DNA from: Chiloscyllium plagiosum
Taxonomy: Eukaryota
Assembly: GCF_004010195.1 (NCBI RefSeq)
Contig: NC_057719.1
Location: 3,393,536 to 3,428,670 of the forward strand
Length of the DNA: 35,135 nucleotides
Reading direction: 5' to 3'
A model generated the notes under the pieces. The model saw only the letters and a list, made by a program, of their open reading frames with translations, was not told the DNA's origin and did not search any database. The translations under genes and the position numbers were made by a program. Positions 9,990-20,914 of this stretch are shown here, one piece after another; position 1 is the stretch's first letter; every line of letters begins with the position of its first letter.

Positions 9990-10903
9990 AGAAGTCACAC
10001 AACACCAGGTTATAGTCCAACAGGTTTATTTGAACTCACAAGTTTTCAGAGTGTTGCCCCTTTATCAGATGAAGTGAAGAGAATCACTCAGGCACAGAAT
10101 TTATCATCAGAGAGATGAAAAGATCAGACAATCTTTTTGAGTGGAGTGTCCATAGGCTGAATAATAAGTCTCTGCAGGTGACCAAGAGTGTCAGACTATG
10201 TGAGTAAAGTGTTAACAGCTGAATGGTAAGTGAAGAGATTACTTATAATCTGGCTAACTGAGGCAGAGAGACAATTATAAAAAAAAGTAAAATAAGGTGA
10301 TGCTGGAGACAAACCAAACAGCTGGAATGACATGATCAGTATAAGACTTGGGCGGCACGGTGGCACAGTGGTTAGCACTGCTGCCTCACAGCGCCAGAGA
10401 CCCGGGTTCAATTCCTGCCACAGGTGACTGACTGTGTGGAGTTTGCACGTTCTCCCCGTGTCTGCGTGGGTTTCCTCCGGGTGCTCCGGTTTCCTCCCAC
10501 AGTCCAAAGATGTGCAGGTCAGGTGAATTGGCCGTGCTAAATTGCCCGTAGTGTTAGGTAAGGGGTAAATGTAGGGGTATGGGTGGGTTGCGCTTCGGCG
10601 GGGCGGTGTGGACTTGTTGGGCCGAAGGGCCTGTTTCCACACTGTAAGTAATCTAATCTAATCTAATCTACTAAAGACTCATATGCTGAGGGTCTAACCA
10701 AAATAACAAGTAATCCAAAACTGTACAAACTAGTTTAGGTAGTGAGATCGCAACAAGTTATCAAGTTGAAGGTGTCAAAACAGGAACGTAAGGAGGATTT
10801 TACAGAACAGTATGGTGGGCTTATACATAGCGTGACATGAACCCAAGATCCTGGTTGAGACTTGTCTTCATGTGAATGAAACTTCGCTATCATTCCCTGC
10901 TCG
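9990..10903 (-). mobile_element. 5'-truncated Penelope-like element (GIY-YIG C-terminus and 3' UTR)
   Basis: Minus strand 10902-10821 translates EQGMIAKFHSHEDK/LNQDLGFMSRYV* (one frameshift); degenerate hammerhead CTGATAAAGGGGCAACACTCTGAAAA near 10045-10070; terminus CCTGTTGGACTATAACCTGGTGTTGTGTGA. Confidence 0.8.
10350..10670 (+). mobile_element. Full-length, young-looking HE1-type SINE inserted in Penelope
   Basis: GGGCGGCACGGTGGCACAGTGGTTAGC A box, GGTTCAATTCC B box, intact CpGs, (AATCT)n tail, and AAGACT on both flanks. Confidence 0.95.
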
Positions 10904-12089
10904 GGGGATGATACCCCTCAGGATTGGCTATCCGTTTCTGCTCGGGGGATGATACCCCTCAGGATTGGCTTTCAGTTTCTGCTCAGGGAGATGATACCCC
11001 TCAGGATTGGCTATCAGTTTCTGCTCAAGGAGATGATACCCCTCAGGATTGGCCATCAGTTTCTGCTCAGGGGGATGATACCCCTCAGGATTGGTTATCC
11101 ATTTCTGCTCAGGGAGATGATACCCGACAGGAGTGGCTATCCGTTTCTGCTCAGGGAGATAATACCCCTCAGGATTGGCTATCAGTTTCTGCTCAGGGGG
11201 ATGAAACCCTTCAGGATTGGCTATCAGTTTCTGCTCGAGAGATGATACCTCTCAGGATTGGCTATCAGTTTCTGCTCGAGAGATGATACCTCTCAGGATT
11301 GGCTTTCCGTTTCTGCTCGGGAGATGATACCACTCAGGAGTGGCTATCAGTTTCTGCTCGGGAGATGATACCCCTCAGGATTGGCTATCCGTTTCTGCTC
11401 GGGAGATGATACACCTCAGGATTGGCTATCAGTTTCTGCTCTGGGAGATGATACCCCTCAGGATTGGCTATCAGTTTCTGCTCGGGAGATGATACCCCTC
11501 AGGATTGGCTATCAGTTTCTGCTCAGGGAGATGATACCCCTCAGGAGTGGCTATCCTTTTCTGCTCAGGGGGATGATACCCCTCAGGATTGGCTATCAGT
11601 TTCTGCTCGGGGGATGATACCTCTCAGGAGTGGCTATCAGTTTCTGCTCTGGGAGATGATACCCCTCAGGATTGGCTATCAGTTTCTGCTCAGGGGGATG
11701 ATACCCCTCAGGATTGGCTATCCGTTTCTGCTCAGGGAGATGATACCCCTCATTATTGGCTATCAGTTTCTGCTCGGGGGATGATACCCCTCAGGATTGG
11801 CTATCCGTTTCTGCTCAGGGAGATGATACCCCTCATTATTGGCTATCCGTTTCTGCTCAGGGAGATGATACCCCTCAGGAGTGGCTATCCGTTTCTGCTC
11901 AGGGAGATGATACACCTCAGGATTGACTATCAGTTTCTGCTCAGGGAGATGATTCCCCTCAGGATTGGCTATCAGTTTCTGCTCAGGGAGATGATACACC
12001 TCAGGATTGGCTATCCGTTTCTGCTCAGGGAGATGATACCCCTCAGGATTGGTTTTCAGCTACTGCTTGGGGGATGATACCCCTCAGGA
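10884..12089. repeat. Minisatellite, about 29 copies of a 41/42-bp unit
   Basis: Unit TTGGCTATCAGTTTCTGCTC(A)GGGAGATGATACCCCTCAGGA; 29 GATGATACC-type cores counted by eye. Confidence 0.97.
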
Positions 12090-12535
12090 CTTCTCCACCA
12101 TGAGTGCCCACATCTGTAAGGAGGCCTGATCTTTGCAGGATATCCCACAAAGTAGTGGGATCATTCTCTCCCTCCTCTGCCTTGTAATATAACCCCGGAG
12201 TGACATACAGCCTGATGGACAAGTAACTGCCACTTTTCACATTAACTGGGCCCTCAGGGGGGTGTCAAGGAGAACTCGAGGATGTCTTTCCTTCATTTTC
12301 CGCTGTGATATGGGCACAGTGAGATCTCAGGGCAAGATCTGGTGAAGGAGATCATTTTCTGCCTTGGGCAGTGACTTACGAAAACCTTTCCATTGGAGAA
12401 AAGCTTCCTGAATATTCTACCATTTTAAGACGGCGCCCTCTTGACCTGGTTTTCCCTGAACAGAGGAAATAGGTTACACAACTAGTCCTGAGTATGTAAC
12501 CCTTCCGGCCATTCTCAGGCCTTTACTTCCCAGGT

Positions 12536-12890
12536 GATAAGACTATCACATGTAGGCCATTCAGCCCATCGAGTCTGCTCCACCATTCAATGACACCACG
12601 GCTGATCTAATAATCCTTAACTCCACTCTCCTGCCTTTAACCCCTAACTCCTGATTCCCTTCCTGATTAAAAATCTGCCTCTCTCAGCCTTGAATATACT
12701 TAATGACCCACCCTCCTCAGCCCTCTGTGGGAAAGAATTCCACAGATTCACTCACTCTGAAAGAAGCAATTCCTCCTCGTCTCTGCCTGAAATGTGTGAC
12801 CCCTTACTCTGAGCCAGTTCCCTCCAGTCCTAGACTCTCCCACAGGAGAAACAACCTTTCCACATTGATGCTGTCAAATCCTTTCCAGCC
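12536..12890 (-). mobile_element. CR1 3' end
   Basis: taggccattcagcccatcgagtctgctccaccattcaatg...gaattccacagattc...gaagcaattcctcctc is a reverse-oriented CR1 3' UTR and ORF2 end. Confidence 0.85.
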
Positions 12891-13574
12891 AATCTGTTGA
12901 CACTAATGCAGCAATAGAAATGAATGTGTCCTCCAGGCAGCGTCTGACAAAGTCTGCTATAACAGAAGCATCATTCCCTCTGCTTACATATACCCCTGAG
13001 GTGTAAACCCCTAAATCTCCAAGTGCATTCCTAACCAGGTCGGATTCCATGAATGAGAGCAAGTGAATGATTAATCATGAACAAGGCACCTCACATTCAA
13101 TCTGAACATCTTTAATTTCCATCTAGGTAGATGTATTCTGAGAAGCAATATCCAGAGAGTCCAACTTGTAGGAAGAGGGTCTCAGGCTGATCTGGGCTTC
13201 AGTCATTATTGTCCTTGATATTTTCTTCCTCTTTAGTTGCTAAAGAAAGAAAACATATCAGTCACAGCAATACATATGACCCAGCAGAAATCCCAAACAT
13301 CCACCCTCTCTCTCCTTCTAGTGGTTCAATCTTTATCAAGACTCAATGAAACAGGTGTCCTTTTGTTCGTCCAACACGGGGAATGGTTACCAGGCTGCAG
13401 CGGTTTACAGCAATTGGCAAAAGACTCAAAGGGAACAGAGCTATGGATCAATTGATTTTTCCAGGAAATTGCAACAATCTGGATTGCTTTCCCTAAATGG
13501 GTGATGGACAAACATAAGAAATAAGACAACAGTAGATCGCATGGTTACTCAATCCAGCTGCCCTTCCCATTAGA

Positions 13575-14074
13575 TCCACAGAACCCCTCCAGTATAAAAC
13601 AGTGCATTCGGTCCAACAAGTCCACACCAACTCTCCCCCAATTTCCCATGACTTATCCTCCTTACCGGCGCATCACTAGATACTATGGGCACTTTATCAT
13701 CGCCAATCCGTGTAACCTACACATTGCATCTCTACAGTGTGGAAACAGGCCCTTCAGCCCAACAAGTCCACACCAACCCTCTGACGAGTAATCCATGCAG
13801 ACTCACCTCCCCCCAACTACTCTACATTTACCCCAGACTAACGCACCTAACCTACACATCCCTGGACACTATGGGCAATTTAGCATGGCCAATTCACCCT
13901 AACCTGCACATCTTTGGACTGTGGGAGGAAACCGGAGCACCCGGAGGAAACCCACACAGACACAGGGAGAATGTGCAAACTCCACACAGACAGTCGCCTG
14001 AGGCTGGAATTGAACCTGGGTCCCTGGCGCCGTGAGGTAGCAGTGCTAACCACTGAACCACTGTGCCGCCACCC
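13575..14074 (-). mobile_element. HE1-type SINE (full copy about 13733-14074) plus an adjacent degraded 3' fragment
   Basis: Same head, core and tail as the other HE1 copies. Confidence 0.9.
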
Positions 14075-14279
14075 ATTTTATTCTAACAAGACAAGGACCA
14101 ATGTGCACATGGGAATATCCTCTTGGAGGAGAGTTCAATGGAATTGTCAGGGGAATGGGCACCAGCAGATAGTAATTGTACAGAGGTACAAGGGATACGA
14201 ATGAGAGTGATAGATAATATTAATTAGGAAGCACTATCCTATTGGATAGGAGCAGACAAAGAATAACTATGGTTACAGC

Positions 14280-14540
14280 TATTTCAGGAGATGAGGACTT
14301 TCCTTTATGAAGAGAGATTAAGCAGTTTTGGACTCTGTGGAGTTTAGAAGAATGAGAGAAGATGTAATTGAGGTTTATAGGATGCTAAAGGGGATTGGCA
14401 AAGTAGACATCAAGACAATGCCCCTGTGGGGCAATCAAGCATAAGAGGTCACGGTTTGAGGGTAAAGGGTAGGTAGCAGATCGAAGTCAGACATGAGGAG
14501 AAATTACTTGTCTCAGAGTTGTTAGGTGGTGGAATTCGCT
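14280..14540 (+). mobile_element. Degraded CR1 ORF2 C-terminal fragment
   Basis: tatgaagagagattaagc...ggagtttagaagaatgagagaagatgtaattgaggtttat reads YEERLS...EFRRMREDVIEVY. Confidence 0.8.
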
Positions 14541-14544
14541 CCCC

Positions 14545-14785
14545 CGGCTTTGATCGCCGTGCCTTTTCACCTATTGGAATGCATTGACCATGTCCCTGAA
14601 TGATTTCCTCCTTGAAGACTATCCATCGCTCTGTAACAGTATTTCCTGTTAATGTTTGGACCATGTTCCCCAGGCTAGCTCCTCTTTCATGACAGTCAGT
14701 TTAGTCTTCTTTCAGTTAGGGGTTCGACATGATGCTGTTTCCAGCTCCTCACTATTACTAAACTAAACCTTATGACCATTCTTAG
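14545..14785 (-). mobile_element. Degraded CR1 ORF2 linker fragment
   Basis: Minus ORF 14449-14664 includes ERWIVFKEEIIQGHGQCIP. Confidence 0.55.
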
Positions 14786-14799
14786 AATTGTGTCGTCAT

Positions 14800-14857
14800 G
14801 ATTTACAGGTGCCGGTGTTGGACTGGGGTGTACAAAGTTAAAAGTCTCACAACACTC
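14800..14857 (-). mobile_element. Penelope extreme terminal fragment
   Basis: ccggtgttggactggggtgtacaaagttaaaagtctcacaacac; also seen at 26745-26790 and continuous with the 9990 terminus. Confidence 0.7.
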
Positions 14858-15702
14858 TTAGAATCATGGAGGTAGAGTCCTTTGTGCAATAGCACTCAAA
14901 TTTGTTCAACTATTCCCTATTTGTTTGTACAGAAACTGAGAGGGTCATTTTATTAACCCATTGGCCACCAATATCACAAACTCATTGAGCCTGAAGACTT
15001 GCCTGTCTACCTAGCCCTTTCTATATGGTCATTCAGGTACAAACTCCTATCTCCTCAAGATAAAGTCTACCCCCCGAACAGAGCAGACCCCTCATCATGG
15101 TATTGACATGTGCCAAGATCAAACTCACTGCAAGGTAGACACCCCTCAAGATGTCTATCACCTCCTCCATGGAATATAACCCAACATTGGGATCATCTCC
15201 CCCAGCCCAGATAATATATTGCCCCCAAAGATTTATGAGACCCCTCCACAAGATGCCAACACTCTCCAAATCCTCCCTTTTCTGCCTCCCCAAATCCTCC
15301 CTTTTCTGCCCCTTTCAGGTTGTCCAATGGCATGATTTTCCCAACCTTTGAGGTCAGGGAACATCAGGAAGGCAAATTTTGCGGAGGATACAAAGATGTA
15401 AAGAAATACAGGCAAGTTAAGTGAATGGAGTAACATTTGGCAATGGAATGTTATGTGTGGAAATGAAATGTTGTCCACTTTGGCAGGGAGAACAGAAAAA
15501 CAGAATATTATTTGGATGGAGAGATATTGCAGAATGCTGCAGGACAGAGGGATCTGGATGTCATTATACTTGAATCATAGAACATTGATGTAGTGATCGG
15601 AACGAGGGCCTGGTAGACCTCATTGACCATGAGATCCTTGATTGGGGTGGTTAACCTGGGCCAATCAGGGAGCCCTGGCTGACAGATGGAAATTGGAAAT
15701 TC

Positions 15703-15819
15703 CGTAGTGTTAGGTAAGGGATAAATGTAGGGGTATGGGTGGGTTGCGCTTCGGCGGGGCGGTGTGGACTTGTTGGGCCGAAGGGCCTGTTTCTACATTG
15801 TAAGTAATCGAATCTAATC
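15703..15819 (+). mobile_element. 5'-truncated HE1-type SINE
   Basis: Near-identical to 10546-10660 (ccgtagtgttaggtaaggg...gggccgaagggcctgtttc). Confidence 0.9.
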
Positions 15820-15907
15820 ATTTCCGGTTCTTTAAGAAAAAGAAAAAAAAAAGAAACAGGAGATTCAAAAAGTCTCCTGATTCTAGGGACTGACTCTGGG
15901 CTGGCTG

Positions 15908-17493
15908 GGCCACAGTGAGTGTGTTACTGTTGTTTTTGGCTTTGTTTGGGAGTACTGGATTCTTAAACTGGCTGGTTTACAAAGCCAGTTTTGTTAACTT
16001 TTTATATTGAGAACTGATTTCTAAATTGCTTGATCCACACGGTCAATGTGTTTCAGGTGTAACTCAGTTTTGCATTGGTAAACTGTTGTCTCACTGGCTG
16101 GTTACAGCTTGTGTTACTCTTTTCTCTTTTGCTTTGAGAAAAGGACAATGTTGATTTTGTGGCAGGGCTTAGCCCTTGCATTTTGTTTTTATTTGTTTTT
16201 TTGTATGTGTCCTTACTGTTTTTTGGTGTTTGGACTTAGCCCTTGTGCGAAAATCTTTCCAGATGAACTGTTCCTGTGGGTAGGCCTGACCCTGTGACTA
16301 GGCCTCGGTAAAGACTGAACACCTGTGTGAACACTTGCTGTATCCTGGAGTTTGGGAGTAGACCCTTCCTTCGGGAGTGGACCAAACCCCTGAATTAACT
16401 GCACCTTCACAATGTACTGTGTTCCTGTGAGTGGGCCTGGTTCTCCAAGGATGGGCCAGGTCTCCATGGAGACTGAACACCTGTGTCTGTGCTGTGGAGT
16501 GTGTATTTGCTGCCTTCAGGAGTGGACTCTGCCCTTGGTTGTAGACTGTTTTTAGCAATGGACACTACAGTTTGGAGTGGACTCCATTTCTGACAATGCA
16601 TTTTGTATACTGGAGTGGACTCTGTTCCTGGGAATGGACTCCATATTTTGAAGAGAACCGTTTATGGTAATGGACTCTGTGTACTAGAAGGGACTCTGAT
16701 TGTTGATAATTGACTCTGTTTTGTTGCTTGTTGGGTTTATCACCTGGGTCCCTGGGTCTTGTGTCCCTGGGTCTGACAGGCCTTACTGTGAGCTGGGAGG
16801 CTCAAAGCTGTCATCCCGAGAGCCAGAGGGTTGATAGGCCATTCTGAGCGCTGTTGTCCCGAGAAGGGGTGATCAGGACGGGCTGTCCTAGAGGTGGGCG
16901 GAAGATGTGTCAGAGCAGCCGAAAGCCAGAAGGTGCGAAGGGGCAGGCTGAGATCCGGAAAGCTTGTGGGCTACCCTACGCGCCATCATCCCAGGGGAAG
17001 AGGACGGGCTGTCCTAGAGGTGGCTGGAAGGTGTGTCAGGGCAATCCATAGGCTGGATGGCGCATCGAGGTGGGTGAGAGCCCAATGGTCTGTAGGGGCA
17101 GACCGAGAGCCGGAAGGCGGGCAGGCCGTCCTCAGCGCTGTCACCCCGGGCGGGTACCGAGACGGACTGCCCTAGAGGTGGCTGGAAGGTGTGTCAGGGT
17201 AGACCGAGAGCTGGAAGGGGCATAGGGGCGATTTGCCTTTGAGTGGCCGGAAGGTGGGAGGGATGGGTGGCTTGCTGGGGGAGTCTGTGTTATATGCATT
17301 GTTTCTCATCTAGTTAGACTGTCTTGTATGTATTTGTTACTGATCCTTTTGTGATGACTTGCCCCCCTTTCCATGAAAACTGGCTGAACAGTGGGGTTTG
17401 GGGTCTGGCTTTGCCACTCCTCTCCATTGTAAATTGGTGTTTCTCCATATACAGCTGTTAATATTAACTGTATTGTTTAATAAAATAAAAAAA
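15908..17493 (+). mobile_element. Non-coding non-LTR retroelement segment (long 3' UTR-like; possibly L1/Tx1 clade)
   Basis: T-rich sense strand, internal TGGACTC(T) repeats (16370-16720), three GG(G/A)CTG(T/C)CCTAGAGGTGG repeats (about 16880, 17007, 17164), ends in AATAAA plus A-tail, flanked by a 55-bp direct repeat. The clade is an inference because there is no ORF. Confidence 0.65.
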
Positions 17494-17889
17494 GAAACAG
17501 GAAATACAGAAAGTCTCCTGATTCTAGGGATTGGCTCTGAGCTGGCTGTTCAGAGCCTATGAACTGTGCACATGTAAATAAAGGGAGACTTGGTGATGGA
17601 ATACTGACCTCTGCATACTTATTTCAATTAGCTTGCAAGGCACAACAAACAACTAGGAAAGCAAATGAAATGGTGGCTTTTATTATAAAGGGATGGAATC
17701 CAATAGTAGGGAATTCCTGTTGCTATTGTACAGGGTATTGGTGATGTCACAGCCAGAGTAATAAAACAGTGCCAGTCCCCTTGTTTAAGGAGGCACATAC
17801 ATGCACTAGACGCGTTGAATGTTCCTGGGATGAAGGAGTTAATTTATGAAAAGTTGACCACGTTGGGCCCTTCCTCTTGAGAGTTCATC

Positions 17890-18708
17890 AAGTCATAGAG
17901 TCCTACAGCACACTGACAGGCCCTTGGCCCAAACTGGTCCATACCAACCAAAATATCCGTCCACACGAACCCCATTTCCCTGCACTTGGTCCATATCCTT
18001 CTAATCCTTTCCTATCCATCTATTTATCTAAATGCGTTTTAAATGTTGTTCATGTACCCGCCTCAAACACTTCCACTGGCAACTCCTTCCATTTGTGTAC
18101 TACCCTCTGTATATAAAAAAAGTTGCCCCTCAAGTTCCCTTTTATTCTTTCCCCTCTTACCTTAAACTGATGCCCTCTAGTCCTAGATTTCCCCAACCCT
18201 GGGAAAAAGACTGAATGTATTCACCCTATCCATGCCTCTCATAATCTTATATGCCTCTATAAGATTCCCCCTCACTCTCCTATAACCTAAAGAAAAAAAG
18301 TCCTAGCTTTGTCCAACCTCTCCCTATATCTCAGACCATTGACTCCTGTCAACATCCTTGTAAATTCTTCTGCACTCTTCCCAGTTTAATAACATCCTTC
18401 CTATAGCAAGATGACCAAAACTTAACACAATACTCCAAGTGTGGCCTCACCAATGTCCTGTATAACTGCAACATAATGTCCCCAACTTCTATACTCAATG
18501 CTCTGACTGATGAAGGCCAGTTTGCCAAAAGTGCCTTCACTGCCCTGTCAACCTGTGACTCCACTGTCAGAGAACCGTGCACCTGAACTCCAAGGTCCCT
18601 CTGTTCCGCTACACTCCTTAAGGCCTTACCATTCACCATGGAACTCCTACAATGACTTGACTTTCCAAAATGCAACACCTCACAGTCATCTATATTAAAC
18701 TCCATTTG
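17890..18708 (-). mobile_element. 5'-truncated CR1 nested in an older CR1
   Basis: ORF 18349-18705 CEVLHFGKS...QRDLGVQVH...LVRPHLEYCVKFWS. Confidence 0.93.
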
Positions 18709-19149
18709 AGAGGATACGAGGTGATTGTATTAAAATAAAAGACTCTGAGGAGGTTTGTCAGGGTGGAGCGGATCATTCACCGCATGGGGAAACCCTCAAC
18801 AAGGGGGCACAAGAGCAACTTCTTCTCTAAGGGAACTGTATTCAGTCAAAATGTCTTCACCAAAGAGCAGTGGAGCCTGGGTCTTTGAACGTAGAGAGTT
18901 AGATTGGTTTGGATCTACCAGGGAATCAAGGATTGTGAAGTGAGAAGCTGTGGATGGTTCAGTGCACACTGGAACGTGCAGTTGACACCATAATCACATC
19001 AGCCATGATCTTACTGAATGACGAGTAGATCCAAAGGGCTGAAAGGCCTTCTCCTGCTGTTTTATGATTCTTTTAATTTTATGTGCTACTTTTCCAGGTG
19101 CATTGCAAATCCAGCACCTGCTTCCCTGCTTTTCCTGAACTTGGAATGT

Positions 19150-19345
19150 CTTATGGAGACAGTGTAAAGGGAGTTTTACTCTGTATCTAACCTTAAGCTG
19201 TCCCTGTTCTGGAAGTGTTTGATGTGGACAGTATAGAAGGAGCTTTGCTCTGTATCTAACCTTATGCTGTTCCTGTCCTGGGATTGTTTGATGGGGTGCA
19301 GTGTAGAGGGAGCTTTATTCTGTATCTAACTCCAAATTGTACCTG
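19150..19345. repeat. About 3 diverged copies of a 69-70-bp tandem unit
   Basis: gacagtgtaaagggagttttactctgtatctaacc..gctgtccctgt..tgggagtgtttgatg recurs; same family as 20130-20530. Confidence 0.85.
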
Positions 19346-19346
19346 T

Positions 19347-19505
19347 TATAGAGTTAAACAGCACGAAACCAGACCTTTCAGTCCAACCTGTCCTCACCAA
19401 TTAGATTTCCTAATCTGACCTAGTCCTGTTTGCCAGCACTTGGCCCTCATGTCTCTGAACCCTTCCTGTTCATATTCCCATCCAGATGCCTTTTAAATAT
19501 TGGAG
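19347..19505 (-). mobile_element. CR1 3' tail
   Basis: atagagttaaacagcacgaaaccagacctttcagtccaac...ccatccagatgccttttaaat is the reverse complement of the 1-272 pattern. Confidence 0.8.
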
Positions 19506-19754
19506 ATTGACTTTTGGTTTGAGTGTACCTCAGGGAATAATCGCAATTTGTGCCTGACTCAATCCACTCTGGGAATGTGGAAAGGATGGTCTCTGTTCTG
19601 ACAGCGGTAACATCCCTGCTGTTTGTCAGTGGGAGTTGGTCACACTTGGGTTTATACCATGGAAATATCACACTGTCTTGGCACTGCAAATACCTTGATG
19701 GGGATAGCATTGAGGGATCTGTACTCTGTATGTAACCCCACGCTGTTTATTACT

Positions 19755-20122
19755 CTTGGGGCATGGGCACTCGTGGCTGGCCAGTATTTACTGCCCGTTC
19801 CAAGTTGCCTTGGAATGGAGTGACTTGCTGGGCCATTCCAGAGGGTAGGTGAGATTCAACCACGTTGTTGTGGGTCTGGAATCACATGCAAACTAGAGCA
19901 GGTAAGGACAACGATTTTCTTCATTCAAGGACATTGCTGACCCAGATGGCTATTTCCAAAAATTGACAATGGTTTCATGTCCATCAGTCGACTCGCACTC
20001 CCAGATTTTCATTGGAATTCAAATTCCAACATCTGCCATGGCAGGATTCAAACCAGGTTCCCACAACATGACCTGAGTTTCCAGATTAGCAGCCCAGCAA
20101 TACTATCACGAGGTTGTCACCA
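19755..20122 (-). mobile_element. Second tRNA-derived SINE family (possibly SacSINE1/DeuSINE-like)
   Basis: Homologous to 33725-34165; minus-strand GGTTTGAATCC B box and a 3' tail shared with the LINE at 6760-7045. The family name is from recall. Confidence 0.65.
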
Positions 20123-20129
20123 TGTTGGA

Positions 20130-20530
20130 TAGGAACAGTGTAGAGCGAGCTTAACTTTTGGTTTAAAAGAGTAGAGTGCAATTTCCTGTGTATCTAACCC
20201 CGTGCTGTCCCTGTCCTGGGAGTGTTTGATGTGGACAGTGTAGAGGGAATTTTACTCTGTAACTAACCCCATGCTGTCCCTGTCCTGGGAGGGTTTGATG
20301 CGGAGCAGTGTAGAGGGAACTTTACTCTGTAACTAACCCCATGCTGTCCCTGTCCTGGGAGTGTTTGATGTGGAGCAGTGTAGAGGGAACTTTACTCTGT
20401 AACTAACCCCATGCTGTCCCTGTCCTGGGAGTGTTTGATGGGGAGCAGTGTAGAGGGAACTTTACTCTGTATCTAACCCCATGCTGTCCCTGTCCTGGGA
20501 GGGTTTGATGGGAGGAAGCTTGACTCTGCG
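20130..20530. repeat. Tandem array of a 70-bp unit, about 5.5 copies
   Basis: CTAACCCC(A/G)TGCTGTCCCTGTCCTGGGAG(T/G)GTTTGATG..GAGCAGTGTAGAGGGAACTTTACTCTGTA with period 70 (20261, 20331, 20401, 20471). Confidence 0.95.
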
Positions 20531-20742
20531 CTTATTTGCAAACTCCATCTGAAATATGGGTTTGTTGGACAGTGCAACAGGAAGTATATTCTGTATCGAA
20601 CTGTGTGTGATCCTGGCCTGGAATTGCTGGAAAGTGGGTGTCGAAAATGGGAAGATGCATTACCCAAAAGAGACACCTGTCACTCATGCAGACACATGAA
20701 TGTTTCAAATTCCTCAGCAATCTCATCAGCAATCTGACCTAC

Positions 20743-20914
20743 CTTTGGGCTACGTGCCCTTTCAGAAGATGCGAGGTGTGGTTCACTACCATTTGCAATA
20801 ATTGGGCCAGCTGCTTTTTCTTTGCAGCCGTCTCCTTGGAGGTATCTTGAGAAGTCAAGATGACCTCAGTCCTCTGCTCTTTGTGGAGCTTAATGTCCCG
20901 ACCAAAGACGCTAT
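20743..20914 (-). CDS. Exon F (172 bp, phase 1 to 2) of an uncharacterised coiled-coil/low-complexity gene
   Basis: Acceptor ctctcttgttctttctcag|AT, donor AAG|GTAGGT; open frame DSVFGRDIKLHKEQRTEVILTSQDTSKETAAKKKQLAQLLQMVVNHTSHLLKGHVAQ; phase matches upstream exons. Confidence 0.7.

Larger units (their letters stand above)
15589..17626 (+). mobile_element. Solo LTR (TG...CA) interrupted by nested insertions
   Basis: Begins TGTAGTG and ends TTATTTCA; contains CCAATCA and AATAAA (17577-17582); flanks ATTGA and ATTAG may be a decayed TSD; it interrupts a CR1. Confidence 0.7.
15370..19070 (+). mobile_element. Old CR1 copy split into about 15370-15588, 17627-17885 and 18709-19070 by later insertions
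   Basis: Collinear motifs: FAEDTK...WQMEC.V..VHFG...QRDLDV, then RKANEMVAFI, then RGDCIKI and the 3' UTR. Confidence 0.75.

Noticed and set aside
10924..12077. Repeat-protein ORFs (SAQGDDTPQDWLSV, MIPLRIGYQFLLRE, LIANPEGYHLPEQK)
   Set aside because: Mixed 41- and 42-bp units shift the frame repeatedly, and no splice sites link them to the gene; they are by-products of the minisatellite.
10884..12089. CRISPR-like array
   Set aside because: There are no unique spacers, units are contiguous, no cas genes are present and the context is vertebrate.
15035..15310. C-rich segment with GACACCCCTCAAGAT resembling the minisatellite unit
   Set aside because: The match is only about 15 bp and there is no coherent exon or repeat structure.
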